A DNA stretch of 64,000 nt from the human T2T-CHM13v2.0 reference genome, Homo sapiens: NCBI RefSeq assembly GCF_009914755.1, contig NC_060929.1; one strand, given 5' to 3'. Position numbers and translations under genes: made by a program. Under the pieces are notes generated by a model. It was given only the letters and a program-made list of their open reading frames with translations. It ran no database searches and was not told the origin of the DNA. Below are positions 26,049 to 41,035 of this stretch, piece after piece (the first letter of the stretch is position 1; each line of letters opens with the position of its first letter).

Positions 26049-28509
26049 AGTTTATTTTTTTTTTCGTACCCTAGTGGCACCTGGGATGCCACTGAGGCAG
26101 AACCATTCACTCCCCTGGAAAGGGGGCTGAAGCCAGGTAGCCAAGTGGTCTTGCTCAGTGGATCCCATCCCCACAGAACCCAGCAAGCTAAGATCCACTG
26201 GCTTGAAATTCTCACTGGCAGCACAGCAGTCTGAAGTCGACCGGGAATGCTCCAGCTTGGTGGGGGGAGGGGGGTCCACCATTACTGAGGCTTGAGTAGG
26301 CGGTTTTTCCCTCACAGTGTTAACAAAGCCGCAAAGAAGTTCAGACTGGGCAGAGCCCACTGCAGCACCACAAAGCTGCTGTAGCCAGACTGCCTCTCTA
26401 GATTCCTCCTCTCTGTGCAGGGCATCTCTGAAAAAAAGGCAGCAGCCTCAGTCAAGGCTTATAGATAAAACTCTCATCTCCCTGGGACAGAGCGCCTGGG
26501 GGAAGGGGCAGCTGTGGGGTACAGCGTCAGAAGACTTAAACATTCCTGCCTGCCAGCTCTGAAGAGAGCAGCAGATCTCCCAGCACAGGGCTCGAGCTCT
26601 GCTAAGGGACAGACTGCCTCCTCAAGTGGGTCCCTGACCCCGTGCTTCCTGACAGGGAGACACTTCCCAGCAGGGGCCAACAGACACCTCATACAGGAGA
26701 GCTTCAGCTGACATCTGGCAGGTGCCCCTCTCAGACAAAGCTTCCAGAGGAAGGAGCAGGCAGCAATCTTTGCTGTTCTGCAGCCTCCGCTGGTGATACC
26801 CAGGCAAACAGGGCCTGGATTGGAACCCCAGCAAACTCCAGAAGACCTGCAGAAGACGGGCCTGTCTGTTAGAGGAACACTAACAAACAGGAAGCAATAG
26901 CATCACCATCAACTAAAAGGACGACCACACAAAAACGCCATCTGAAGGTCACCAACAGCAAAGACCAATGGTAGATAAATACACGAAGATGAGGAAAAAC
27001 CAGCACAAAAAGACTGAAAATTCCAAAAACCAGAATGCCTCTTCTCCTCCAAAGGATAACAACTCCTCGCCAGCAAGGGAACAAAACTGGACAGAGAATG
27101 AGTTTGACGAATTGACAGAAGTAGGCTTCAGAAGGTGGGTAATAACAAACTCCTCCAAGCTAAAGGAGCATGTTCTAACCCAATATAAGGAAGCTGAGAA
27201 CCTTGATAAAAGGTTAGAGAAATTGCTAACTAGAATAACCAATTTAGAGAAGAACATAAATGACCTGATGGAACTGAAAAACACAGCACAAGAATTTCGT
27301 GAAGCATACAGAAGTATCAATACCCAAATTGATCAAGCAGAAGAAAGGATATCAGAGATTGAAGATCAATGTAATGAAATAAAGCATGAAGACAAGATTA
27401 GAGAAAAAATAATGAAAAGGAATGAACAAAGCCTCCAAGAAATATGAGACTATGTGAAAAGACCAAACCTACATTTGATCGATGTACCTAAAAGTGATGG
27501 GGAGAATGGATCCAAGTTAGAAAACACTCTTCAGGATATTATCCAGGAGAACTTCCCCAACCAAGCAAGACAGGCCAACATTCAAATTCAGGAAATACAG
27601 AGAACACCATGAAGATTCTCCTCAAGAAGAGCAACCCCAAAACACATAATCATCAGATTCACCAAGGTTGAAATGAAGGAAAAAATATTAAAGGCAGCCA
27701 GAGAGAAATGTCGGGTTACCCACAAAGGGAAGCCCATTAGACTAACAGTGGATCTCTCTGCAGAAACCCTACAAGCCATAAGAGAGTGGGGGCCAATATT
27801 CAACATTCTTAAAAGAATTTTCAGCCCAGAATTTCATATCCAGCCAAACTAAGCTTCATAAATGAAGGAGAAATAAAATCCTTTAAAGACAAGCAAGTGA
27901 TGAGGGACTTTGTCAGCACCAGGCCTGCCTTACAAGAGCTCCTGAAGGAAGCACTAAATACAGAAAGGAAAAACCAGAACCAGCCACTGCAAAAACAAAC
28001 CAAAATGTAAAGACCATTGATATTATGAAGAAACTGCATCAACTAATGGACAAAATAACCAGCTAGCATCATAATGACAGGATCAAATTCATACATAACA
28101 ATATTAACCTTAAATGTAAACGGGGTAAATGCCCCAATTAAAAGACACAGACTGGCAAATTTAATAGAGTCAAGATCCATCAGTGTGCTGTATTCAGGAG
28201 ACCCATCTCACGTGCAAAGACACACATAGGCTCAAAATAAAGGGATAGAGGAATATTTACCAAGCAAATGGAAAGCAAAAAAAAGCAGGGGTTGCAATCC
28301 TACTCTCTGATAAGACAGACTTTAAACCAACAAAGATCAAAAAAGACAAAGAAGGGTATTACATAATGGTAAAGGGATCAATGCAATGAGAAGAGCTAAC
28401 TATCCTAAATGTATATGCACCCGACACAGGAGCACCCAGGTTCATAAAGCAAGTTCTTAGAGACCTACAAAGAGACTTAGAATCCCACACAATAATAGTG
28501 GGAGACTTT

Positions 28510-28805
28510 TTTTAACATGTTAAAGAAATGTTTAATTACAAAATTAAGCTTACACATAACCTAAAAATTTTCAAATGTACTGCATTTTATAGCATAAAAG
28601 TACAATCAGTAAAATGATTCACTAGTAATTTAATTACATTTAACTTAATTTTAAGTAAAATAAAAAATGCTTCTCTCTCACTATGATGCAGAATATTACT
28701 CTGAACACCTACCTCATGCATCACTCAATATGAAAAGTAAACTAACAAGAACCACTCCACATAGATTTTCATCATAAATCTTACATTTTAATGCCCATAC
28801 TCTTC
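28510..28805 (-). pseudogene. 5'-truncated retrocopy of an unidentified AT-rich mRNA 3'UTR, inserted in L1 ORF2
   Basis: 16-bp TSD AATAGTGGGAGACTTT; minus-strand ATTAAA 17 nt before a short poly(A). Confidence 0.78.
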
Positions 28806-31051
28806 AATAGTGGGAGACTTTAACACCCCACTCTCAATATTAGTCAGATCAATGTGACAGAAAATTAACAAGGATATTCAGGACTTGAACTCAGCTCTGG
28901 ACCAAGCGGACCTAACAGACATCTACAGAACTCTCCACCCCAAATCAACAGAATATACAATCTTCTCAGCACCGCATCATACTTATTCTAATATCGATCA
29001 CATAATTGGAAGTAAAACACTCCTCAGCAAATGCAAAAGAATACAAATCATAAAAAACAGTCTCTCAGACCACAGTGCAATCAAATTAGAACTCAAGATT
29101 AAGAAACTCACTCAAAATTGCACAACTACATGGAAACTGAACAACCAGCTCCTGAATGACTACTGGGTAAATAATGAAATTAAGGCAGAAATAAATAAGT
29201 TCTTTCAAACCAATGAGAACAAAGACACAGTATACCAGAATTTCTGGGACACAGCTAAAGCACTGTTTAGAGGGAAATTTATAGCACTAACTGCCCACAG
29301 GAGAAAGTGGAAAAGATCTAAAATCAACACTCTAACATCACAATTAAAAGAACTAGAGAATCAAGAGCAAACAAATTCAAAAGCTAGCAGAAGACAAGAA
29401 ATAACTAAGATCAGAGCAGAACCGAAGGAGATAGAGACATGAAAACCCCTTCAAAAAAATCAATGAATCCAGGAGCTGGTTTTTTGAAAAGATCAACAAA
29501 ACAGATAGACTGCTAGCCAGACTACTAAAGAAGAAAAGAGAGAAGAATCAAATAGATACAATAAAAAATGATAAAGGGGATATCGCCACTGATCCCACAG
29601 AAATACAAACTGCCATCAGAGAATACTATAAACACCTCTATACAAATAAACTAGAAAATCTAGAAGAAATGGATAAATTTCTTCTAGAAATTCTACCAGA
29701 GGTTCAAAGAGCAGCTGGTACCATTCCTCTTAAAACTATTCCAAACAATAGAAAAAGAGGGACTCCTCCCTAACTCATTTTATGAGGCCAGCATCATCCT
29801 CATACCAAAATCTGGCAGAGACACAACAAAAAAAGAAAATTTAGGCCAATATCTCTTATGAACATCAATGCAAAAATCTTCAATAAAATACAAGCAAACC
29901 GAATCAAACAGCACATTAAAAAGGTTATCCACCACAATCAAGTCAGCTTCATCCCTGGGATGTAACGCTGGTTCAACATATGCAAATAAACATAATACCT
30001 CACACAAACAGAACCAATGAAAAAACCACATGATTATCTCAATAGATGCAGAAAAGGCCTTTGATAAAATTGAACATCCTTTCATGCTAAAAACTCTCAA
30101 TAAACTAAGTATTGATGGAACACATCTCAAAATAATAAGAGCGATTTATGACAAATCCACAGCCAATATCATACTGAATAGGCAAAAGCTGGAAGCATTC
30201 CTTTTGAAAACCGACACAAGACAAGGATGCCCTCTCTCACCACTCCTATCCAACATAGTATTGGTAGTTCTGGCCAGGGCAATCAGGCAAGAGAAAGAAA
30301 TAAAGGGTATTCAAATAGGAAAAGAGGAAGTCAAATTATCTCTGTTTGCAGATGACATGATTGTATATCTAGAAAACCCCATTGTCTCAGCCCCAAAACT
30401 CCTTAAGCTGATAAGCAACTTCAGCAAAGTCTCAGGATACAAAATCAATGTGCAAAAATCACAAGCATTCCTACACACCAATAATAGACAAACAGAGAGC
30501 CAAATCGTTAGTGAACTCCCATTCACAATTGCTACAAAGATAATAAAATACCTAGGAATCCAATTTACAAGGGATGTGAAGGACCTCTTCAAGGAGAACT
30601 ACAAACCACTGCTCAAGGAAATAACAGAGGACACAAACAAATGGAAGAACATTCCATGCTCATGGATAGGAAGAATCAATATCATAAAAATGGCTATACT
30701 GCACAAAGTAATTTATAGATTCAATGCTATTCCCATCAAGCTACCATTGACTTTCTTCAAAGAATTAGAAAAATCTACTTTAAATTTCATATGGAAACAA
30801 AAAAGAGTCCATATAGCCAAGACAATCCTAAGCAAAAAGAACAGAGCTGGAGGTATCACGCTACCTGATTTCAAACTATACTTCAAGGCTACCGTAACCA
30901 AAACAGCATGGTACTGGTACCAAAACAGATATATAGACCAAGGGAACAGAACAGAAGCTTCAGAAATAACACCACACATCTACAAACATCTGATATTCGA
31001 CAAACCTGACAAAACAAGCAATAGGGAAAGGATTCCCTATTTATTAAATGA

Positions 31052-31174
<123 letters not shown>

Positions 31175-32715
31175 TAGAAGATAACCTAGGCAATAACATT
31201 CAGGACATAGGCATGGGCAAAGACTTAATGACTAAAACACCAAAAGCAATTGCAACAAAAGCCAAAACAGTGTGGTGATTCCTCAAGGAGCTAGAACTAG
31301 AAATGCCACTTGACCCAGCAATCCCATTACTGTGTATATACCCAAAGGACTACAAATCAATCTACTATAAAGACACATGCACACGTATGTTTATTGCAAC
31401 ACTGTTCACAAAAGGAAAGACTTGGAACCAACCCAAATGCCCATCAATGTTATACTGGATAAAGAAAATGTAGCACATAAACACCATGGAATACTATGCA
31501 GCCATAAAAAAGGAGGAATCCATGTCCTTTGCAGGGACATGGATGAAGCTAGAAACCATCATTCTCAGCAAACTAGCACAGGAATGGAAAACCAAACACT
31601 GCATGTTCTCACTCATAAGTGGGAGTTGAACAATGAGAACATATGGGCACAGGGAGGGGAACATCACACACTGGGGCCTGTCAGGGGGTGTGGGGCAAGG
31701 GGAGGGATAGCATTAGGAGAAATACCTAATGTAGATGACAGGTTGCTGGGTCCAGCAAACCACCATGGCACCTGTATTCCTATGTAACAAACCTGCACAT
31801 TCTGCACATGTATCCCAGAACTTAAATATAATTTAAAAAACAATCCAAACCTCCTACTTAAAACCTTTAAGAAAAGAAGATGAAAAACATGCACAAATAC
31901 AAATCAAAAATAAAGTAAAATTTTAGTGAGTGAATACATTTCACTATTGCCTCCAAAATAAATGGTCTGCAGTCTGATTTTATCTGTCATCTGTAATTAA
32001 ACTGAAAACTAACCAAAGAAGAAGTTCAGAAACCTATGTGATGAAAACATTTAAAATAATCATGCTTCTAAAACTGAAATATATTGTTAAAATGTTATAA
32101 TCTTGCGTACAACTTAAGGTAATTGAATAAGAATCCTTGAGAATTGGTTAAAATGTTCATTTAAAAATCTCAAAATATACTCCATATATACCCAGTAAGA
32201 TGATTACGATTTGATGATAAATATATACTTGACATCTTGAAAAGAAGGTCTTTTTGTTTTGGAGATTTTTTCTGCACACTTCCACCCCTCAATTTTACTG
32301 TACAGATATAATTGGGTACATTGGTATGCATTACTTTAAAATGTCTGTAGTAGAAGAACAACTTAGCCTACCATTGTCAAGATAACTGCACCATAATTCT
32401 ACACTGTTCCAAATTCTACCTTGAAATTATCTATAGAAGCATATCAATTATGCGACCACTTATTTTTTGTTTTTTTAAACCTCTATCTCCTATCAAACCT
32501 CCACAGTTTTGCAGCATTCTTACTCTGATTGTCACCCCTTTCCTTTCCACAATTCCTCACTCCCTTTGAAGAATAACAGCATTAACAGTGACAACAAAAA
32601 GATTGAAGGAAGGGGGTTCAATAGAAGTGGAATATTATTGCATTATTTAAGGGGGTAATCGCTCTGAGAGCTTTCTCTGAAAAATCTGATGAAATCATAA
32701 AGAAGATTACAAAAC

Positions 32716-32869
32716 CTTGGGCAGCTGCTTGGCAATGTCTCCTCCCACAAAGACAGCTTCTAAATAAATCCACAGGTTTTGCACCGTCATCCAGCTCTCG
32801 ATGATGTCTGTTGAGTTGGAAAGGTACTGCACCCATTTTTGAATCTGGGCTTTGAATGGCATATTGTAC
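32716..32869 (-). CDS. DNAH5: DNAH5 exon ~30 (154 nt) [12 protein letters not shown]...[23 protein letters not shown]
   Basis: ttag|G acceptor, AAG|gtttt donor; phase 2->0; conserved dynein VQxxWxYLExxF motif. Confidence 0.94.
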
Positions 32870-33629
32870 CTAAAATAAGAAATAGGTTTAGGGTTTGGTT
32901 TTGTTTTTGTTGTGCTGTTGTTTCAACTTAAAAAGGTTTTTAAAAATCTTAATTTTTAACCTCTTTCTTTACAACCTTAATTATGTTGCTGGCTTTTAAA
33001 GTGATGCAACCAAGTGATTAATTCATCCCCACTTACTGTTCATTGTTAGTCTAGCTTTTTCCCTTTTGATCCAGAGCATAGAGAAGGGTGGGAGATTTAT
33101 AATCTAAGGAGTAGATCAGGCATTAGACTTGATTCCACCAAGCTTCCAGGGTAATATAATTACCCTCAGTGCTGTTATGGCTACGAGAATAATATTTGCC
33201 CTACTGAGCTTCTGTGCCTATTTCATGGAGTCTCTGGTTTTTCATATAATATGGAGCTTTTATAGAACCATCAGTGGGGACCAGACAACTAATTCAATCT
33301 TCAAATATGATAACACCTGGACTCTCTCCTTAGCCTCCCCTTTTCTGAGTCTCTTTCTAACTTCCCACGCACCTGTGTCCAACCCACTCATGTTTGATGT
33401 ACATGTGTGCAAGATTACTGCCTCTTCCATAGTTAATCTGTCTTCCCCTTTTCCTCTTTGAGACAGACTGCCTGTGGGTGGCCTCCCAATGTCCTTTTTT
33501 CCTTCTGCTTTTCCATGTGGGCTCATAATTACCCAGCTAAATTACTGAATTTCCCAGCTTCCCTTTGCAGTAATGTGCAGTCAGAAGACTAAGTTCCACA
33601 TCAACAGTGCTTAATTTAGCGGAACACTG

Positions 33630-33810
33630 GAATGATCTCATAGCTGAACACTGGAATCATCTCGCCAGCATTAAAAATTACTGATGCCTGCCTGGGTCCT
33701 ACGTACAGAGACTCTGATTCAATGGGTCTGGGAAGTGGCCCTGGCATTGGGATTTTTTTAAGTTCCTTCAGTGTATCTGGTACGTTGCAAAGATTGAGAA
33801 CAACTCTTCT
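33630..33810. mobile_element. MER5-like hAT element within an old MLT1-like LTR (~33460-34040)
   Basis: agagactctgattcaatgggtctggg...gattgagaacaact MER5 motifs. Confidence 0.55.
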
Positions 33811-34775
33811 ACATGAAATGTGAGTAGTGGCATTGGATGTAATGGGTAGTATGGGGAATAAGGTCACACCTGGGAAAGACAGATGAGTGAGCCAGACCAA
33901 GCTTGGGTCCCTGATGATGTGGTAAAGCCCCCATTCCAACCTGAACCACCTACATTAGGAATTCTTTTATGCGTGAGCAATATAAACATCAGTGTTATAT
34001 TAGCCATTTTGTATGTGGTGTTTCTGTTATTTACAGACAAACTTAATCCTAAATGATTATACAGCCTACCTTTGTGTCTCTTCTTCTCTTTCTTATCCCT
34101 TCATGGTTCTCTCTAGCCCTACATAATATGGACTTGAAGTCGTATTATTGCATAAAAGTTTAATTTCCATATTCTTAATTGTTAACCAAATTGTTTTAAT
34201 ATTCCATGCATCTTTCTGAATATTTGTATGCTCTTCACTAGAAATATAGGTCCATAGAAACAGAGATCTTTCCCTTATTTGTTGTTCTACCCACAGCGCC
34301 TAGAAGAGTACATCACACACATAGTAAAGGTTCAATAAATATATATTGAAAAAATACTCCTCCCAATAACTCTATCTGTAGATTAGATGCCATTGAAAAG
34401 AAAAGTTTCCCCACCCCAACCAGATAATTTTTACTTAATTTACATGAGTGTCTTTTCTATCTCCCTAGGGTATATTATTGCCTGTCTATCCTTTATTCTG
34501 GTTTGGTATGAATAGTAACCAAGTTCATTAAAACTCACTAAATCCTGAGAAGTCCAAACTCAAGATTACTAATGGTCTAACTTTATATCCCAATATTACT
34601 TTAGTGTAACAAGTAAACTGAAATAAGAGAAATTTTTTTGAAATAGTATGAAGTACACAGTATTTCCAACATTAAAAGTATTGATACACATATATATGGA
34701 GAATTGGGTGATATTTTAAAGCTAGAATAGAACAACAAATTCATATCTCAATGGTATCCACTTTCTGCACAATTA

Positions 34776-35239
<464 letters not shown>

Positions 35240-35810
35240 CAAGTTCAAATGTACCCCATAAATTTGTACAAATATAAAAAATAGAGTATGTAAACAACTA
35301 AGAGTTTCTAGTCCACAGATATTGGTAAAAAAGGTTTTTCGAGTAAAATGATTATTCTGAAATTCAAAATAATGTTCCTCCTGGATTCTACAGCCTGTAG
35401 AGCTATGAGCTGTGCAGTCAGGCTTGTCAGCAGCAAGCTGAAATGTTCCCAAGAGCCGAGTGGCTAATTATACGTTGCATTATTTTGTCCAGTGGATGGT
35501 CTCAGACATACCCCACAAATAGAGGATAATGAAATAAAACCAGAGTTACACATGCTCTAACATGTGCCTGAGGCCAAAATGAAAACAAGAATAATTGAAA
35601 TATAATCTCTTGATGATGTATATATAAGTGGGTACCTGAGTAAAAATATGTTTTGGATATAAAAATTAATTAATCAATGTAATTAAAACAAGTATTTTCA
35701 ACATTGAGTAAACTATATGAAGGCTATTATTGTAATGGATTTTTCATTAATTTTAAATGTTTGCTATTACGGTTCTCAAATCTAAGGGAAAAGATAGATG
35801 GTTTTCCCAC

Positions 35811-36010
35811 CTGTTGCTCAGTAGGGATCCCAGCAACATCAAGCTGTCCTCCATGTTGGCGATGATTTCCGAGGTACTGTCTCCTCTCAAGAGGAGCTCT
35901 CCACGGGTTTTAAAGCTGCCGAAGGTGAATGTTTTATTGTCCCATTCATTAATCACTTGCTTCAGCTTTTGCTCAATGTCTCTCTCTTTCACCGCACTGA
36001 TACAGATGTC
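35811..36010 (-). CDS. DNAH5: DNAH5 exon ~29 (200 nt) [16 protein letters not shown]...LLSNR
   Basis: atag|GAC acceptor, AG|gtggg donor; phase 0->2. Confidence 0.94.
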
Positions 36011-36479
36011 CTATCAAAATGGCAAGCTCTCATGTTATTGCATGAAAGTCACACGTCCTTCCTTAATAGTCTACGTGCAATACCCCATCTTCACTATTTG
36101 CTTCATATATATATAAATATATATATAAACTTTTATATTTCCAGACCTAAAATGCAATATAATAAACAGAAGGTGTATACGCAGATACTGATGCATGAAG
36201 AGAGATGGAGATAAAGATATGACTGAAAAATAGAACTTTAATTTATAAAATTTCCCAGCAAACTTGCCCAAAAGGAAAGATGACAGAAAATATATGCAAA
36301 TCACTTTTAAATTTTGAAACTTTAATCACTGATTCAAAATTCAATGTATTTCTGATCTACCTCTAAAGTCAAGTGAATGCAGCATGTGAATGAACACAGG
36401 TAGCAGAAACCTGATTCTCCCATGGCTCTGTTGACTTTCCCAGTCTCCTCATGGCCTCAACCTTCTCCTAGACCATTAG

Positions 36480-37450
36480 TCAAGCCCTTCCTTTACCCTC
36501 ATTTCTTCCCACCTATGTTCCCCCTCTGGGTGAGCTCATTTACACCCATGACTTCAATCACTTTCATATCTCCAGGCAAGACCCACATCCATTTGCCTAC
36601 TGAACTTCCCTGCTGAGATGTTTCAAGGAAACCCCAAACACAGTCTGTGAAATATCAGACTCATGTCCCTAATCAAGACCATGATCTTTGCACCTTGTCA
36701 CCCAATCTGATCACCTTCCCATGTTCCCCATCTCTGTGGTCAGCACCTTCATCCACTTAGGTCTCTCAGCAAGAAATCTAGAGTTCATCTTTAGCCCTCC
36801 CCTTCCTTCTCCTACCATGTTCCCTTCATCACCGAATTCTCCTCAAATATCCCTGATCCTTTCTCTCCTCTCCAGCTTTACTACTTCCACTCTCATCTAA
36901 CAAGCCATCATTTCTTGCCTGAGCTACTCTTAGAAACTCTCAGTTGGTTTTTCCATCATTCTTCCCTTGTCCTCCTTCAATTATTTCTCCAAAGATCACT
37001 ACCAGAGTGATCCTTACAAACGGTCAACCTAACCATGTCAGCCCCTGCTGAAAACACACCTCCCAGCTGGTGCCCATTGCTCGATAACATCATGTAGGCC
37101 CACTCCACCTCCCTGGCCTCTGCTGTCTCCTCTCTGCCCTGCCTCCACGCCTCAGCCACATGGGCCTTCTTCTGGTTCCTCAAACACACTTCAGATGCTC
37201 CATGCATAATGCACCATCTGCCTGGAATGGCCTTCTTTGCACTTTCCAAGCCCCTCACCCCAACCACACAACCACACTCCCTTCACCCAGCCAGTCCTAC
37301 GCATGCATCCTAGTCCTCCCTAGCTTTATCACCCCCAGGTGAGCCAAACTCATCTACCATAGGCTTTCACAGAACAACATACATTTTATTCAATGGTATT
37401 TGCCACAGCTTATAACTGTGCCTTTATTTGTAAAATTATTTAATAATCTG
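36480..37450 (+). mobile_element. L2 fragment
   Basis: Pyrimidine-rich L2 3' region motifs (caagccatcatttcttgcctg, ccagagtgatcctt); boundaries approximate. Confidence 0.6.
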
Positions 37451-37659
37451 TAAATGCAGGACTGCATTGTTATATCCTGATGCAGAATCTGTCCCATCTT
37501 AGGCCAAATAAGCATTTGTTGAAGGAACTAGTGGCTGAATGCCAGGAGAAGAGTTTCAATTGTCTGAGTGTAGTTTACTGATCCAATATTCCATAATATA
37601 GAAATGTTATCAAATAAATCCCATGAGACCTTGCAATCTTCCATCACATCATACTCTAC

Positions 37660-37900
37660 CTCTATTTCCTCTTTATATTTCAGAAGAGGTGCCTCCATGA
37701 TATTTCTTAACTTAAAGCTTTCATTCCCCACATCCAGACTGTGCCCGGTGAGGGTGGTTATCCTTTCCCAGTGCCGCTCCATCATGGCTTTACTGGCCAT
37801 GTATTCCAGCAGCGGGCAACACTCGCTGAAATCATCAATGATCTTCTTCAGGTCCAAAAAAGCCTGCCAGTCCTTCAAGGCCCGGGGAAGCTTTCGACAT
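37660..37900 (-). CDS. DNAH5: DNAH5 exon ~28 (241 nt) [14 protein letters not shown]...KYKEEIE
   Basis: cag|A acceptor, GAG|gtaga donor; phase 2->0; RHW motif of the linker region. Confidence 0.94.
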
Positions 37901-38266
37901 CTGTGAAGGGACACCAACATGAAAGGCCATTGAAATATGATGGTAGACATCACTGGACCAAGACGGTCTGCTAGTATTTCTATTAAAAACAGTCTCTTTG
38001 AATACTTATCCTATTTTAAATCCCATGACTTGCAGGCTGTCTGTTCATATAATATACAGATGACTTTTATATTACAGAAAATTGTCCTCTCCATTAGAAA
38101 AGATTTTTTCCAACCCTTCACAACTATTACCTAGTTAGAGGCATTATTTTAGAGCGTAGAGGTGCTGCTCAAGCTAATTCAATTCTACAAACATGTACTG
38201 AGAACTTACTAAGCACAAAGCATAGCAAAGTGTATCAGGCTGTGAAGTGAAATATGCAACAAATAG

Positions 38267-38554
<288 letters not shown>

Positions 38555-38929
38555 AGCTCTCCATTTTCTTTAAATTCAAGAGCTACAACAATACAGAAAA
38601 ATCATGGGCCCCTGCTTTTGTTCCAGATGATAATCTAACATTAACTTCAAATGTTTCATAAGTGTAATATAAATAAAAATCAGCTCCCACCAAGCTGCAG
38701 AAAAGCCCCTAACATGACTCATCCTGATAGACAGAATGTGCTTGTCTCATTGTGTACACACAGGAGTAATTAATAAATAGCATTTGACAAGAGTGATGTC
38801 AATGGACAAGAACAATGCAGCAAGATGTGCTTTTGAAATAGCTGGGGTGAAAAGAGAACTTGGCTGCCTATCAAAGAGGAAAGCATTTGAAGTTCAATTG
38901 CTGGGCATGCTAAACATTTAATTTCTTAC

Positions 38930-39168
38930 CTGTTCTGGAATTCTAAGAGTTCATTGTTAATTTTTTCAATATTCACCTCTGACCAAAGAATATCATAATA
39001 GCTATTTACAGTTTCTATGACACTGTTGTACAGAGTATATATTTTCTGTAGAAGATTTAGTTGCTTCTTTATTTCAAGAAGCTGAGGATACTGTGTAGCT
39101 GGCAGGCCAAAAAGCTCCTCTCCTCCAGTATATGTGATGTATTTCCGATAGATATTATCAAATTGATT
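38930..39168 (-). CDS. DNAH5: DNAH5 exon ~27 (239 nt) [10 protein letters not shown]...GEELFGLP...EFQNR
   Basis: ttag|AAT acceptor, AG|gtaag donor; phase 0->2; dynein EELFGLP motif. Confidence 0.93.
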
Positions 39169-39481
39169 CTAATAAAAACACAAGTGAAAACGCATCAAAA
39201 TGATTTATACATGATCAACATACAAATGAAAATATAAGATTTGCAAACAAGCAAGCCAGAGATGTATGATCTCTGGGCACATGTAAATAGGAATACTAAG
39301 TTGGCATAATTAATTCATAGAAACTACTTCTAATTGTAATCCTACAATATCGTATTTTTAATGCAAGTACATACCATATTCCACAATAGGGCCCTCTATC
39401 TTACAAAGAAGAAAACATATGTGTGTTTAAAACACAACAAAGTTTCATTGTTTAGAAAGTCATAGAAACTAAAAAGATTAC

Positions 39482-39544
39482 CTGAAACATGATAAGCCTG
39501 TCACTGGCTTCCTGGGGCTTCAAGCCGCTAGCCATTGGACCATT
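39482..39544 (-). CDS. DNAH5: DNAH5 exon ~26 (63 nt) [21 protein letters not shown]
   Basis: cag|AAT acceptor, CAG|gtaat donor; phase 0->0. Confidence 0.92.
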
Positions 39545-40472
39545 CTGAACAAAAAGTAAAAAAAGAAAAATAGAAGGAAGTGTTTGCATATAAATTTCAT
39601 GAACTCAATCCATATTTAAATATTAAAGTTAGGTTTCATGCATGATAGGAAACTTCATTTTTATTTGTTAGAAAAAAAGGGCCTCACAAAGTGATTCATT
39701 TAGACATATGTTTCTAGTCTAAAAAAGCCAAATTAATGCCAGAACTTCCCTTAGTCAAGAAACTTTTAAGATTAAAAATATGTATTATTCATTTCTTAGG
39801 TAACACAGGGAAAGAGGAGTCAATGCCTGTTCTATAAGAAGCACATATAAAGTCTGCTTTTCAGCTAAATGCTAATATCATATAACTCATAGATTTTTAT
39901 CATTCTAATACCCACTTGTAAAGTGGCCTATAATCTTAACATTCCAATCAGATTTTCCAACATTAGAAAATCTTAAATATGTGGATTTCTGTGCTTCTTC
40001 ATCCATGGCGTTGGTACATGGGTCCAATCTTCTAACTTGATTAATTTTGTGGTTTATTGTGCTACTAGTTAATGGGTACAAATTTTACCCTAAACTCTAT
40101 ATATTTCCCTTCTCCAGCACATTATAATTGCCTGGAGATGGGTCTCATTACACAACATATTTACATTAGAAGATTCAGTACTTAAACCTATATGGATAAT
40201 TAAAATATGGACTCCGTGGGGGCAAGGCTCGATCTGTCTTATCCACTACTGTGTAGTCAGCACCAAGGACAGCGCCCGGCAATTGCTGAGCTCTGTGTTA
40301 TTTGTGTAACCAAGGAACGCTGTGGAAAGGAGGACAATTATAACTGCATGCGAATAGTACTTTTCTACACAAATTTAGAATGCTACCAAACAACTTCAGT
40401 AACAGACCAAATTATACACTGTTAGCCCTTTTAAATTTATCATTTTCTGTTGAAATTATTATGTATGAAATC

Positions 40473-40855
40473 CGATTTGGTTAGGCTTTCCATCCCCACC
40501 CAAATCTCATCTTGAATTGTAATCCCCATAATCTCCATAATCCCCACGTCTCAAGGGAGAGACTAGGTGGAGGTAACTGAATCATGGGAGCGGTTTTCCC
40601 CATGCTGTTCTCTCAGTAGTGAGTTCTCATGAGATCCGATGGTTTTAAAAGGAGCTCTTCCCTCTTCGCTCAGCATTCTCCTTCCTGTTGCCTTGTGAAG
40701 AAGGTGCCTTGCTTCCCCTTTGCCTTCCACCATGATTGTAAGTTTCGTGAGGCCTCCCAAGCCATGCTGAACTGTGAGTCAATTAAACCTCTCTCCTTTC
40801 TAAATTACCCAGTCTCGAGCAGTTCTTTATAGCAGTGTGAAAACAGACTAATAGA
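40473..40855 (+). mobile_element. THE1 (D-like) solo LTR
   Basis: cccaaatctcatcttgaattgtaatcccc...attaaacct...gactaata. Confidence 0.88.
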
Positions 40856-41035
40856 AACTCTAAGGGGAAAGAATTGTGAAAAAAAATGTTTTTCTCTCAT
40901 GAAAATAAAATTCCCATTCCCTGGGAATTCCTAGGAAGTTTCACAGAAATTTACCCATAATTTTTAGACAACTACATTTTGCATGTTGTATTCACTCATC
41001 CCCGAAAACGCACACAGAGAAAGCCAGAGACATAC

